From IMG/VR virus record IMGVR_UViG_3300021093_000007: DNA of 64,000 nucleotides. One strand, given 5' to 3'. The stretch is from a virus. This document shows, piece after piece, positions 8,825 through 17,282 of the stretch. The notes beneath the pieces are model-generated. The model did no database searches. It worked only from the letters and a program-made list of their open reading frames with translations, and was not told where the DNA came from. The position numbers and the translations under genes were made by a program. Position 1 is the stretch's first letter, and every line of letters begins with the position of its first letter.

Positions 8825-9010
8825 ATGACTTCCATTCAAGACCACTTCAAACTCTACGCTTCTGGTCTGTGGGCATGTCCTAGGACTGGTATGCTGCTGA
8901 CTCTGGATCAGGCACCTCTCTGCTGGGAGGAGGTTGATGCCATGGAGCATGACTGCTTTGACTCTTACAATGAGTGGAGTGAGCACTGCTCCAATCTGTT
9001 TGCTGCTTGA
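8825..9010 (+). CDS. Hypothetical early protein
   Basis: ATG 8825 downstream of promoter. Confidence 0.7.
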   Translation: MTSIQDHFKLYASGLWACPRTGMLLTLDQAPLCWEEVDAMEHDCFDSYNEWSEHCSNLFAA

Positions 9011-9058
9011 CACACTGATTCTTTTCTTCTACAATTGAGGAGTTCTTTACTTACAACA

Positions 9059-9301
9059 ATGGCACAAAAGTATTTTTACATCGTTGATCACTATGTTCCC
9101 TTCCCCTCATCTGAGTATGGTGGACTGTGGAATGTAATTGCAGAGAGTGATGATGAATGTTTTGACCTCATCGCTGCTGAGGATGATGGTAATTTTTATG
9201 AGCATCACTACAGTAACCTGCGAGAAAACATTATGAATGCTCGTGTGTATGCCATCGCAGAAGATGTTGGTTCCTGTGTAGTGGAGCAATTTACCACATG
9301 A
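9059..9301 (+). CDS. Conserved cyanophage hypothetical protein
   Basis: YIVDHYVPFPSSEYGGLWNVIA motif. Confidence 0.8.
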   Translation: MAQKYFYIVDHYVPFPSSEYGGLWNVIAESDDECFDLIAAEDDGNFYEHHYSNLRENIMNARVYAIAEDVGSCVVEQFTT

Positions 9302-9412
9302 TCGCAATCAAAGACCCAGACTTTATCGCTGCTCAACAGCACAGGTTGACATATCTGGAATCCCAACTAGAATGCATCCTGAAGGAAATGACCCAAATTC
9401 AGGAGTTTTTAA

Positions 9413-9601
9413 ATGAGTATCAAGTCAGACCTGATGCATGAGAGATGCATCACTCACTGTGAGGAATTCTTCATGGATCGTGTAAGTCAACTTGTTGATA
9501 GTTACAATCTTGATGATGCAGATGCTCTTCACAGTGAATTTGTTGTTGATGGTGAGGAACCAGATGATTGGTTGTTTATCAATGATTTGACCGATGTATG
9601 A
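9413..9601 (+). CDS. Acidic hypothetical protein
   Basis: AGGAG RBS. Confidence 0.7.
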   Translation: MSIKSDLMHERCITHCEEFFMDRVSQLVDSYNLDDADALHSEFVVDGEEPDDWLFINDLTDV

Positions 9602-9869
9602 ACCAGAAGTCAACGATTATGTTGAATGGACAAAGGGTGTAGAGGGATGGGTTTATTTTAAGGACAGAGAGTATATCACAATTGAGGTATCTGTCCGCCC
9701 CAAAGATCGCACCAATTATAAGGCATGTAGTCTTCATAGAAATGATAGACTACTTGTTTTATGTTATGTTGATCAATGGAAGGAACTTAAATACATTACA
9801 ACAAGAGAGTCCATTTATGAAGATTTGGAGACTTTGGGCAAAGGCGCTGGGGGAGAAAGCAACCAGTGA
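9594..9869 (+). CDS. Conserved cyanophage hypothetical protein
   Basis: YEPEVNDYVEW...EGWVYF..EYITIE motif. Confidence 0.8.
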   Translation: MYEPEVNDYVEWTKGVEGWVYFKDREYITIEVSVRPKDRTNYKACSLHRNDRLLVLCYVDQWKELKYITTRESIYEDLETLGKGAGGESNQ

Positions 9870-10062
9870 TGACAAAGAATCAGACCACATTGCTTGTTTA
9901 CGCACTTTTATATTCATCACTTATCTCATTACTAATATTTGCATTGTCGCGGGGGTCATAAGACACTGGAACGACAAAACAGAGGTTTATGTTGAGATAA
10001 TGATGGAGGAACCAGTTGTGCCAAATATTTTAATTAAAAATCAAAGAGGAGAGTTTGAATGA
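9817..10062 (+). CDS. Small conserved phage membrane protein
   Basis: WRLWAKALGEKA...TN..IVAGVIRHW with one TM. Confidence 0.75.
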   Translation: MKIWRLWAKALGEKATSDDKESDHIACLRTFIFITYLITNICIVAGVIRHWNDKTEVYVEIMMEEPVVPNILIKNQRGEFE

Positions 10063-10847
10063 TAACTGCAGGATACCTAGATGTATTGGATCAACAAGGA
10101 ATTGATGCCACATTAGAACGAATTAATTTATTGGATGATTGGTGGATTCCAAGAGGAATTTACTGTGCAAACACTGGGTTCTCTCCTGATGATGAGAATC
10201 CAGTGGATTTCTATACTCTAGGTCCTGCAACATATATTGATTGTATGGTTAACACTCAGGTGTATACCATGATGACTATGCAGACAAATCCATTACTCAA
10301 AGACTATTTTGATTGGTTATATGATACTGTGATTTATCATTTGTATTATGAGATTGGTCCTTGTCGTCTAAATGAATCCTTAGCATACCCTGGATTTCAT
10401 ATATTTGGATGTAAACCTGGACAAGAACCAAAGCCAGCAACAAAAGAATATATGGAACGTCCAAGTGCAACTATTCATGTGGATCTTCAACAAGAGAGGC
10501 ATGGTACAGTATGGAATCAATATAATGAGGTAGACCTTGAGAATTGCCTGTCATTTACTCTTTGTTTAGAGGTTCCTAAAACTGGTGCTGGTCTCAACAC
10601 ATGGAATGAAGAATCTATTAAATGCTATGAGGCAAATGATGACTATGCAAAAGCAATCAAATCGCTTGAGTATGGTGCATATGGAACACCAACTGTGATT
10701 CCTTATATTCCTGGTAAAATGTTTTATTTTATTGGTCCATTACAACACCAGATCGCTCCTGCATATAATTTGGCATTAAATGATCGTAGGATCACACTAC
10801 AGGGTCATGGTGTCAAATGTGATGGGGTTTGGGAGATATATTTCTAA
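10059..10847 (+). CDS. 2OG-Fe(II) oxygenase-fold protein
   Basis: IHVD (HxD), distal HQIAP, RITLQGH (2OG-binding Arg), FTLCL strand. Confidence 0.7.
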   Translation: MITAGYLDVLDQQGIDATLERINLLDDWWIPRGIYCANTGFSPDDENPVDFYTLGPATYIDCMVNTQVYTMMTMQTNPLLKDYFDWLYDTVIYHLYYEIGPCRLNESLAYPGFHIFGCKPGQEPKPATKEYMERPSATIHVDLQQERHGTVWNQYNEVDLENCLSFTLCLEVPKTGAGLNTWNEESIKCYEANDDYAKAIKSLEYGAYGTPTVIPYIPGKMFYFIGPLQHQIAPAYNLALNDRRITLQGHGVKCDGVWEIYF

Positions 10848-10850
10848 ATA
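10844..10850 (+). promoter_or_regulatory. T4-type late promoter (CTAAATA) for GT11 gene
   Basis: TAAATA core ~25 bp before ATG 10875. Confidence 0.55.
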
Positions 10851-10874
10851 ATAACACTGGATAATTTGCGCGAC

Positions 10875-12005
10875 ATGATTAAATTTCATCAAGATTTTGC
10901 TGCTACTGGAACTGGATTAGGATATCAAATATCTTCATATATGTTAATGCGTTCCATTGCAAATAGAACGGGGTATAGTTATACTATCAATACAAATGGA
11001 TTAAAAGCACTTAGAAATACATTTACCAATTTACAATTTAACAGCATTAAAGATGAACTTGATGCGGATTTAAAACCAATTGAGTTTTTGGATGATAACT
11101 CTTTTGAAGAAGTTGTTGCAATGGTGGAGGATAATTGTGAATTATATGGTTATCCCACTGTTAAGAGTATGGTTGATCCTGCTAATTTTGAATCTGTTAA
11201 AAAAGAACTGCACTTTAGACCAGAGATTGTTGAGAAGTGCCAAAAGTTTATGTCCCAATTTGATGGGCAAGAAGTAGTATCAATGCATCTACGTAGAGGT
11301 GACTTTGAAGATCTTCAATCTGGAATGTTTTTAATTGATGATGATTACTATAAAGAAGCATTAGAGTTGCTACCAAAAGATATTCCTGTTCTTATTTTTT
11401 GTAATGTAAAAGATTATATTTTAACTCATCCTATTCTAACTGCAAGTGATCCAGAGAGATTTACTTTTGTTCTTGATATATTCAATGATAATGAATTTAT
11501 TAATTGTGATGTAGGGCAAGAGTTGGATAGATTGGTTGATGCTTCTGGAGAGTGTAGATTTGATTATAAAGCAGCATTAGCTAAACACGCTTATGATAAT
11601 CTAATACCATCCACCCCGACTCAAGAGGAGTTAAATCAAGAGATGGTGAGACTTGCAAAAGAATTACATCCATTATATAAAAAGAAGATTGCAAATAATC
11701 TTTATAATTATTCATTTGAACTTTGTTTAATGTCAATGTGTGATTATCATATTATGGCAAATAGTTCATTTGGTATGTGGGGCGTTCAATTGTCAAATAC
11801 TAAGAAAGTAATATATCCTAAGTATTGGATGCAAGGTCATGATGAAGAGACAAGGAATGCTTTTGCAGAAATTGGTTTAGGTGCGATTAAAATAGATCTT
11901 GGTGGTTATGATCAAACCAGAGACCTTGCAGAATATATTATTGATAAACCACACTACATAGGATTAGAGAATCCAGATCAACGTTCATTTACAATTGTTA
12001 GTTAA
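10875..12005 (+). CDS. Glycosyltransferase family 11 (alpha-1,2-fucosyltransferase-like)
   Basis: GLGYQ, SMHLRRGDF, MSMCDYHIMANSSFGMWG motifs. Confidence 0.85.
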   Translation: MIKFHQDFAATGTGLGYQISSYMLMRSIANRTGYSYTINTNGLKALRNTFTNLQFNSIKDELDADLKPIEFLDDNSFEEVVAMVEDNCELYGYPTVKSMVDPANFESVKKELHFRPEIVEKCQKFMSQFDGQEVVSMHLRRGDFEDLQSGMFLIDDDYYKEALELLPKDIPVLIFCNVKDYILTHPILTASDPERFTFVLDIFNDNEFINCDVGQELDRLVDASGECRFDYKAALAKHAYDNLIPSTPTQEELNQEMVRLAKELHPLYKKKIANNLYNYSFELCLMSMCDYHIMANSSFGMWGVQLSNTKKVIYPKYWMQGHDEETRNAFAEIGLGAIKIDLGGYDQTRDLAEYIIDKPHYIGLENPDQRSFTIVS

Positions 12006-12006
12006 G

Positions 12007-12210
12007 ATGTCAACCAGAGCAAAAAGATTAGAACAAGAGTATTTGAGAACCATGAATATTCTGCTCAAAACTACTCATGATAAAAAAGATAAAATTGGCA
12101 CAAAGGCATTGGCAGGATTTGTCAGAACGTTAATTGATGAATGTCCACAGATGAATCTTAAGACTGCTCAGGAAATGTTCAAAATAGCAGAAGAACTGGA
12201 GAATCTATAG
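12007..12210 (+). CDS. Hypothetical protein
   Basis: ORF following GT11. Confidence 0.6.
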   Translation: MSTRAKRLEQEYLRTMNILLKTTHDKKDKIGTKALAGFVRTLIDECPQMNLKTAQEMFKIAEELENL

Positions 12211-12268
12211 TAGACAGCAAAACAAGTGGCACACAGGGGCACGGGGACGCCTCTGGTGAAGTTATAAT
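12210..12268 (+). promoter_or_regulatory. Class A early promoter
   Basis: GTAGACAG-N8-GTGGCAC; TATAAT 12263-12268. Confidence 0.7.
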
Positions 12269-12290
12269 GATTATGCGTTATTCACCAATC

Positions 12291-12599
12291 ATGTCAATCA
12301 TTGCTGGTCTCGCTTGTGGGATTGCCACTTTCTATGGTATAGGAGATGGATTTCATGGACAAATTACGGCAAATGGTGAGCGGTTTGATGCTTATCGTTG
12401 GACTGCAGCTCATCCTTATCTACCTATGGGTACACGCATACGGGTAACCAACCAAGATAATGGTAAACAGGTAATTGTAAGAGTAAATGATCGTGGACCT
12501 TATTCACATGCTGATTTGGATTTGAGTTACGCTGCATTCTCTCACATCGAATCTGCCAAAAAAGGCAATGCTACCGTTTGTTGGAGAGTTGTGGTATAA
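12291..12599 (+). CDS. rlpA: RlpA-family (DPBB) lytic transglycosylase
   Basis: GIATFYG..FHG..TANGERFD..TAAH.YLP.GT.IRVTN..NGK.V.VRVNDRGPY...DLS.AAF. Confidence 0.9.
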   Translation: MSIIAGLACGIATFYGIGDGFHGQITANGERFDAYRWTAAHPYLPMGTRIRVTNQDNGKQVIVRVNDRGPYSHADLDLSYAAFSHIESAKKGNATVCWRVVV

Positions 12600-12799
12600 T
12601 GTACTCTGCACTATTCACTCTGTTACAGTTATGTGTAAATGAGATTTACATCTGTGAGAGAGATTATCCTAAACCAGCTCAGGTTTATTATGAACCAGAG
12701 AAGTCTTGTTATCGAGATGGTGTATTCTATCCCAGATGTAAAGACCTAGAAAACCCAGAAGTATTACACTATCACAACTTATTCAAAAAAGATTCATGA
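12599..12799 (+). CDS. Hypothetical Cys-containing protein
   Basis: TAATG-coupled; SCYRDGVFYPRC. Confidence 0.65.
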   Translation: MYSALFTLLQLCVNEIYICERDYPKPAQVYYEPEKSCYRDGVFYPRCKDLENPEVLHYHNLFKKDS

Positions 12800-13182
12800 T
12801 TAAGCAACTTCTTGCAATTTCTACCATTCTAATTGCTGCACCTGTATTTGCACAGACTGCACCACCAAAACCAAAAACTTATCGTCCATTTGCATATGAG
12901 AGTCCATGTGTATTGGAGGCAGGACTTCAAACCTATCATGATACATGTAAGGTAGTAGAAACTCGTGAGACTGGTGGTGCTCTTCGCACTCGTAACATCT
13001 TCTCTAATAAGTTTGGTCTGACTATCAAAGGTCGATTTGATAAAGAGAAGGGTTATATGACTTGGGATAGTCATAACAAATATGAATATAAGTGGCAGTA
13101 TAAGATTGGTGGTATTCAAGAATTTGGTGCATGGACATATGTAATGCCTGGATTCTTACTTCAAAATGTTTCTTGGGATTGA
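12796..13182 (+). CDS. Hypothetical exported protein
   Basis: Signal peptide MIKQLLAISTILIAAPVFA. Confidence 0.8.
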   Translation: MIKQLLAISTILIAAPVFAQTAPPKPKTYRPFAYESPCVLEAGLQTYHDTCKVVETRETGGALRTRNIFSNKFGLTIKGRFDKEKGYMTWDSHNKYEYKWQYKIGGIQEFGAWTYVMPGFLLQNVSWD

Positions 13183-13185
13183 ATT

Positions 13186-13410
13186 ATGATTATGAAGGAT
13201 TATGTGTTGTATCCAAGTTTTATCCTAACAGCGGTGCTTGGATTTATTACTGGTGGTGCATTTTATGCCCAATCGTCTTTTGACGATGCACTTAAACTAT
13301 GCAATCAAAAACCATTAGAGTGTAAGTTTAAGTATGATATTATCAATTATCATGAGACTGGCAAGGTTCCCTATACTGCATCAGTAGCAAAACCAAAACC
13401 TCAACCTTGA
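13186..13410 (+). CDS. Small membrane-anchored protein
   Basis: N-terminal TM. Confidence 0.65.
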   Translation: MIMKDYVLYPSFILTAVLGFITGGAFYAQSSFDDALKLCNQKPLECKFKYDIINYHETGKVPYTASVAKPKPQP

Positions 13411-13646
13411 GATTGACGTTCTAATCTATCTAATCTCTGTTGTTTTATCTGTGCCGCCTTCTCTTTGGCGGCATTTTGTCTATCTAATGCTTTTTGTTTA
13501 AATTCTGCTTCTCTGTCTGCACTTGATGTACTTGCTGCTTGTCTTCTTGCAGTCATTCTGTTTTTTGGTGCTGATTGGCGATCAAGAGTTTGCAAGTCTC
13601 TTCTTAGTTGGTTTAGATCTTCATTAAACTCTTGAAAGGTCTTCAT
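13401..13646 (-). CDS. Putative late, head-packaged internal protein
   Basis: MKTFQEFNE resembles the T4 IP capsid-targeting sequence MKTYQEFIAE; minus-strand CTAAATA at 13668-13674. Confidence 0.7.
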   Translation of the reverse strand: MKTFQEFNEDLNQLRRDLQTLDRQSAPKNRMTARRQAASTSSADREAEFKQKALDRQNAAKEKAAQIKQQRLDRLERQSQG

Positions 13647-13653
13647 TGTATGC

Positions 13654-13682
13654 TTGACATTTTTGAATATTTAGATTATAGT
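13654..13682. promoter_or_regulatory. Overlapping divergent promoters: + sigma70 (TTGACA-17-TATAGT) and - late (CTAAATA)
   Basis: TTGACA 13654-13659, TATAGT 13677-13682; TATTTAG 13668-13674 inside the spacer. Confidence 0.75.
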
Positions 13683-13729
13683 TATGTCTGAGTTTAATAC
13701 ACTCACACATCACACACAGGAGTAACACA

Positions 13730-13927
13730 ATGACACCTTACGAACTTCGATTCCAAATCTTCCAACAAGCGAATGGTTTGGCACAAGATGAATACCATGC
13801 TAATTTTGCATTAGTTGAACAGTGGAACAAAGAACATTCAGTTAAAATGGATTATCCTCAGTTCCCCTCATATACTGACATCGAAAGTCTTGCAGATAAA
13901 ATCAACGCATTTGTAAGTTCTAAGTGA
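13730..13927 (+). CDS. Conserved T4-like phage hypothetical protein
   Basis: TPYELRFQIF...YPQFPS..DI..LA.KIN.FVS; AGGAG RBS. Confidence 0.85.
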   Translation: MTPYELRFQIFQQANGLAQDEYHANFALVEQWNKEHSVKMDYPQFPSYTDIESLADKINAFVSSK

Positions 13928-13982
13928 CACTTCAATAGCTGGCACACTGGGCACTCTGGTTCGCTGGAGTGCCCTTTATACT
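13924..13982 (+). promoter_or_regulatory. Class A early promoter with stem-loop
   Basis: GTGACAC-N8-CTGGCAC; GGGCACTC/GAGTGCCC hairpin; TATACT 13977-13982. Confidence 0.8.
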
Positions 13983-14006
13983 ATGAGGGTAGTCAACAAA
14001 CACTGC

Positions 14007-14456
14007 ATGTCCAACTCCGCTGCGATTGCCTTCTACGAGGACAATCTCACCTATGTCAAAGCATTTGGTCTGTCCAATCTTGACCGTGAGGATCGTCTTC
14101 TGTTCCGTCAGGGTAAAAAACTGATTGAAGATGCCATTCAGGCAGAACAGAAGCAGAATGAGCGTATTCCGTTCATTGAAGAGGAGATTCTTCCTGTTTT
14201 GCAGGAGTATCTGGCATCCTATGGTGAAGATGGTCAAATCAAAGTATTTGATCGTCATGTTGCTGCTGAAGGTATGCAACCGTTCCGTAAGAATCCGATT
14301 GCATCTGCAATGGGATTGCATGGTCAAATTGTCTTCCTTGACATGAAGAACAATACGATTGTAAAATCGTTTGACCGCACTGGTAAAACTCTTAAAGAGT
14401 TGCTCAAGAGTTACAATGACTCTATTGGTTACACCCGATTCAACATTGAGGACTGA
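14007..14456 (+). CDS. Hypothetical early protein
   Basis: ATG 14007 downstream of promoter. Confidence 0.8.
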   Translation: MSNSAAIAFYEDNLTYVKAFGLSNLDREDRLLFRQGKKLIEDAIQAEQKQNERIPFIEEEILPVLQEYLASYGEDGQIKVFDRHVAAEGMQPFRKNPIASAMGLHGQIVFLDMKNNTIVKSFDRTGKTLKELLKSYNDSIGYTRFNIED

Positions 14457-14463
14457 ACTTACC

Positions 14464-14589
14464 ATGGATTACGATTACAACGAGTATCAACTGCGCTCTG
14501 TGCTGGACACTGACATGGAACTGGATTCACTCCTGGATGAGGAGTGGCCAATTGAAGAACTGCCACACGAACTCCTGCGTGAGTTCTGA
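14464..14589 (+). CDS. Very acidic small protein
   Basis: MDYDYNEYQLRSVLDTDMELDSLLDEEW; GAGG upstream. Confidence 0.6.
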   Translation: MDYDYNEYQLRSVLDTDMELDSLLDEEWPIEELPHELLREF

Positions 14590-14602
14590 GGCACTCTATA
14601 AT
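14544..14602 (+). promoter_or_regulatory. Class A early promoter
   Basis: GTGGCCAA-N8-CTGCCAC; GAACTC/GAGTTC hairpin; TATAAT 14597-14602. Confidence 0.75.
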
Positions 14603-14627
14603 TACAAGGTAATCAAGGGAACACCGT

Positions 14628-14819
14628 ATGGCACTCTCCTTCCAATCCAAAGCACATCACCTTGCTGCTCTGTATGATGCCTGTGCTCTGATTGTAGACA
14701 CCTACAAAGAGACTGATGTGTTCAAGGTCTACAGTGATGAAGGTCTTGAGGATCACATCGACTTTGCTGCCACTGCTCGTGAGGTGATGGGTCTGATTGC
14801 TGAAGGTGACATCAAGTGA
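14628..14819 (+). CDS. Hypothetical early protein
   Basis: First ORF after promoter. Confidence 0.75.
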   Translation: MALSFQSKAHHLAALYDACALIVDTYKETDVFKVYSDEGLEDHIDFAATAREVMGLIAEGDIK

Positions 14820-14986
14820 GGTATCGTATTACGATTGAAACACTTGATGGTCAACGGTTTGTAGACTACGCTCGCTCACGCTGTAACTCTGATACACTGT
14901 GCGAGCGTATCTTCAATCAGACACCAAATGTTCGTCGCGTTGAGGTTAATCTTTGCGATGATGATTTTAACCCTGTTTATTGTTAA
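14816..14986 (+). CDS. Hypothetical protein (56 aa, not in ORF track)
   Basis: GTGA-coupled, MRYRITIETLDGQRF... Confidence 0.6.
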   Translation: MRYRITIETLDGQRFVDYARSRCNSDTLCERIFNQTPNVRRVEVNLCDDDFNPVYC

Positions 14987-15156
14987 TGATGACTAGCAAA
15001 CAAATCACCTACATCTTCCTTGCCGTCATTGGTATTCTGATGTGGAATGTATTTCTAATTCAACGTGACAACAAAATGTTTGACGGTTATAAGAATCGTC
15101 AGCAACAAATCTGTGAACAACTTAAAACCTTTCACCCTGACTGTCATATCGAATAA
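14986..15156 (+). CDS. Small membrane protein (not in ORF track)
   Basis: TAATG-coupled; TM then IQRDNKMF..FHPDC. Confidence 0.65.
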   Translation: MMTSKQITYIFLAVIGILMWNVFLIQRDNKMFDGYKNRQQQICEQLKTFHPDCHIE

Positions 15157-15163
15157 GTAAACT

Positions 15164-15346
15164 ATGATTGAATCCGAAATGAATCTCTGCGTTGATGCAG
15201 AGGAACACGAGATGATTAACATTGCATTGAATCATCTTCTTGATGCTTCGATGGAATTGAGTATTGATGACAATGAGCGTACACTGTTGTTAAAGCGTGT
15301 GCGTGATAAATCCTACAACCTCTGGGCACAACGATTCTCTAAATGA
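15164..15346 (+). CDS. Hypothetical protein
   Basis: 60-aa ORF in operon. Confidence 0.65.
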   Translation: MIESEMNLCVDAEEHEMINIALNHLLDASMELSIDDNERTLLLKRVRDKSYNLWAQRFSK

Positions 15347-15427
15347 CATTCCTAACTTATTACGGTATTCTGGTTATTCTGTCTGTGATTGTCAATTACT
15401 TTATTCAAGGACCACAAAGAATTGTAG

Positions 15428-15628
15428 ATGAAGAAGATTAAAGAGTCACCGATTAAGATTACAAAGTCACGGGATGAGGAATTGTTCCCGTGGCAATCTT
15501 TTTTATGGAGAATTGATAATTTAGATGAGAAGCGAACATGTTGGTTTGAATGCCAAGAACATGCAGAGAAGTATATTCGCCGTTATAATCCAAAATACAA
15601 ATTCACTCATTATATGGGCAAAAAATGA
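15428..15628 (+). CDS. Conserved cyanophage hypothetical protein
   Basis: CWFECQEHAEKYIRRY motif. Confidence 0.8.
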   Translation: MKKIKESPIKITKSRDEELFPWQSFLWRIDNLDEKRTCWFECQEHAEKYIRRYNPKYKFTHYMGKK

Positions 15629-15828
15629 ATCTTAAAACTTTTACTCGCACATCAGATGCACCGTATGACAAACATCGTTATGCCGTTGTATCCAATCGTG
15701 GTGAGCGTTTGATTCTTGATGATTATATGGAAGTATATCAGGTATGGGCACAATCTGATGAGTTGTCACATGTGGAAGTTCTTGATAGAATAGAGAAGAA
15801 GAAACCAGTCAAGGGATTTGGAGGTTAG
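15625..15828 (+). CDS. Hypothetical protein, paralog of 2725..2955
   Basis: Shared LSHVEVLD and KGF tail. Confidence 0.8.
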   Translation: MNLKTFTRTSDAPYDKHRYAVVSNRGERLILDDYMEVYQVWAQSDELSHVEVLDRIEKKKPVKGFGG

Positions 15829-15834
15829 TACAGT

Positions 15835-17013
15835 ATGGTGAATCCTGCGTATGTTGTTGGTTATGGGATGATTGATGCACTGGGAAATACTCCTGGTGAT
15901 TGCTTTTTGAATTTGATGAATGATTATAATCCCATTCAAAAGCTAGATTTTATGGGAGATCATAAGATTCAGTATGGTATTCCATGTTTGCATGATATTC
16001 TACTTCCCGAGGCGTTTACGCCGAAAATAACCGCTAACATGACGCGGGCACAACAGATGGCACTTCATGCAACTGAACAGGCACTGAAGATGGCAAATCT
16101 ACCACACTCATCAAATGTTGCTGTAATTGTATCAAGTGTATCAAATGATGTGGAGTTTCTTGATGGTAACTTCCAACGATTCAAAGAGAATAAGAGGGTA
16201 AATCCATTTAAGATTGTGAATCGTATTCCCGATATGATTGTAGGACAGATTACGAGTCATTATAAGTTTCACGGGGCATCACTGGCAATCTATGCAAGTT
16301 GTGCGACTGGAATGTATTCAATTGATTATGCGATGAGGATACTGGATGAGTATGATTATGTGATTGTAGGTGGAGCAGATGCTGGAGTCTTTGAGATGGC
16401 ATTAAAATACTTCGCTGGCATTGGCGCACTGGGTAATCATAATTCTCCATTTGATGAGAATCGTGAAGGATTTGTGATGGGAGAAGGCGCGGGTATTTTA
16501 ATTTTACAGTCAAAGGATAAAGTACAACACTATAAGTCAACTGTTCATGCAAAGTTATATCCAGTTGGTTGTGCAAGTGATGCAATGGATTTAACAAGTC
16601 CTGCCACTGATGGACGTGGTGCAAGATTAGCACTGGATAAAGCATTGGATGGTATTGAACCTGATACGATTGATGTGATCTCTGCACATGCTACAAGTAC
16701 ACCGATTGGTGATGAAGTAGAATATGATGTATTGCGTGAGTATTTGCCTGATATTCCAATCTATGCACCTAAATCAAAGATTGGTCATACACTTGCTGCT
16801 GCATCTGTATTGGAATGTATTTACGGTATTCTGAGTATGAAGAATGGTGTGATGCCATATTGTTATAATCTGAAGAATGCAGAGTATGATGTATCAAGGC
16901 AACTTATAAGGACTCCACGTAGCTTCAAGACATCAAAAGTTCTGCGTACAGTGAATAATAGTTTTGGTTTTGGTGGTAAGTGTGCATCACAAGTGATTGA
17001 GGTAAAACTGTGA
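15835..17013 (+). CDS. fabF: Beta-ketoacyl-ACP synthase (FabF/FabB type)
   Basis: Cys-His-His triad: ASCATG, SAHATSTPIGD, KSKIGHT; PFDENREGFVMGEGAG; NSFGFGG; GGAGG RBS. Confidence 0.92.
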   Translation: MVNPAYVVGYGMIDALGNTPGDCFLNLMNDYNPIQKLDFMGDHKIQYGIPCLHDILLPEAFTPKITANMTRAQQMALHATEQALKMANLPHSSNVAVIVSSVSNDVEFLDGNFQRFKENKRVNPFKIVNRIPDMIVGQITSHYKFHGASLAIYASCATGMYSIDYAMRILDEYDYVIVGGADAGVFEMALKYFAGIGALGNHNSPFDENREGFVMGEGAGILILQSKDKVQHYKSTVHAKLYPVGCASDAMDLTSPATDGRGARLALDKALDGIEPDTIDVISAHATSTPIGDEVEYDVLREYLPDIPIYAPKSKIGHTLAAASVLECIYGILSMKNGVMPYCYNLKNAEYDVSRQLIRTPRSFKTSKVLRTVNNSFGFGGKCASQVIEVKL

Positions 17014-17282
17014 GTTATTATGTGGTTGTGAATCTGAATACAGGAGAGAATATATGTCAATGTGCATTGCTCAGTGATGCACAAATGATGGTAGCATTGA
17101 ATCCTGCGAATCGAGCATATCGTAAAGTTACACCGTTGAATGATCAGGTGATTGATATCACTGTAAATGATACAAAGGAACTTCCTGGTCAATTAGGACT
17201 ACCACCAGGGAGTTATAAACTTGAAGGTCAAAAGATTTATAAATTAACTGAGAATCAGCAAGTGGCATTTAATGGACTTTGA
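17010..17282 (+). CDS. Hypothetical protein
   Basis: GTGA-coupled to fabF, GAGG upstream. Confidence 0.75.
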   Translation: MSYYVVVNLNTGENICQCALLSDAQMMVALNPANRAYRKVTPLNDQVIDITVNDTKELPGQLGLPPGSYKLEGQKIYKLTENQQVAFNGL

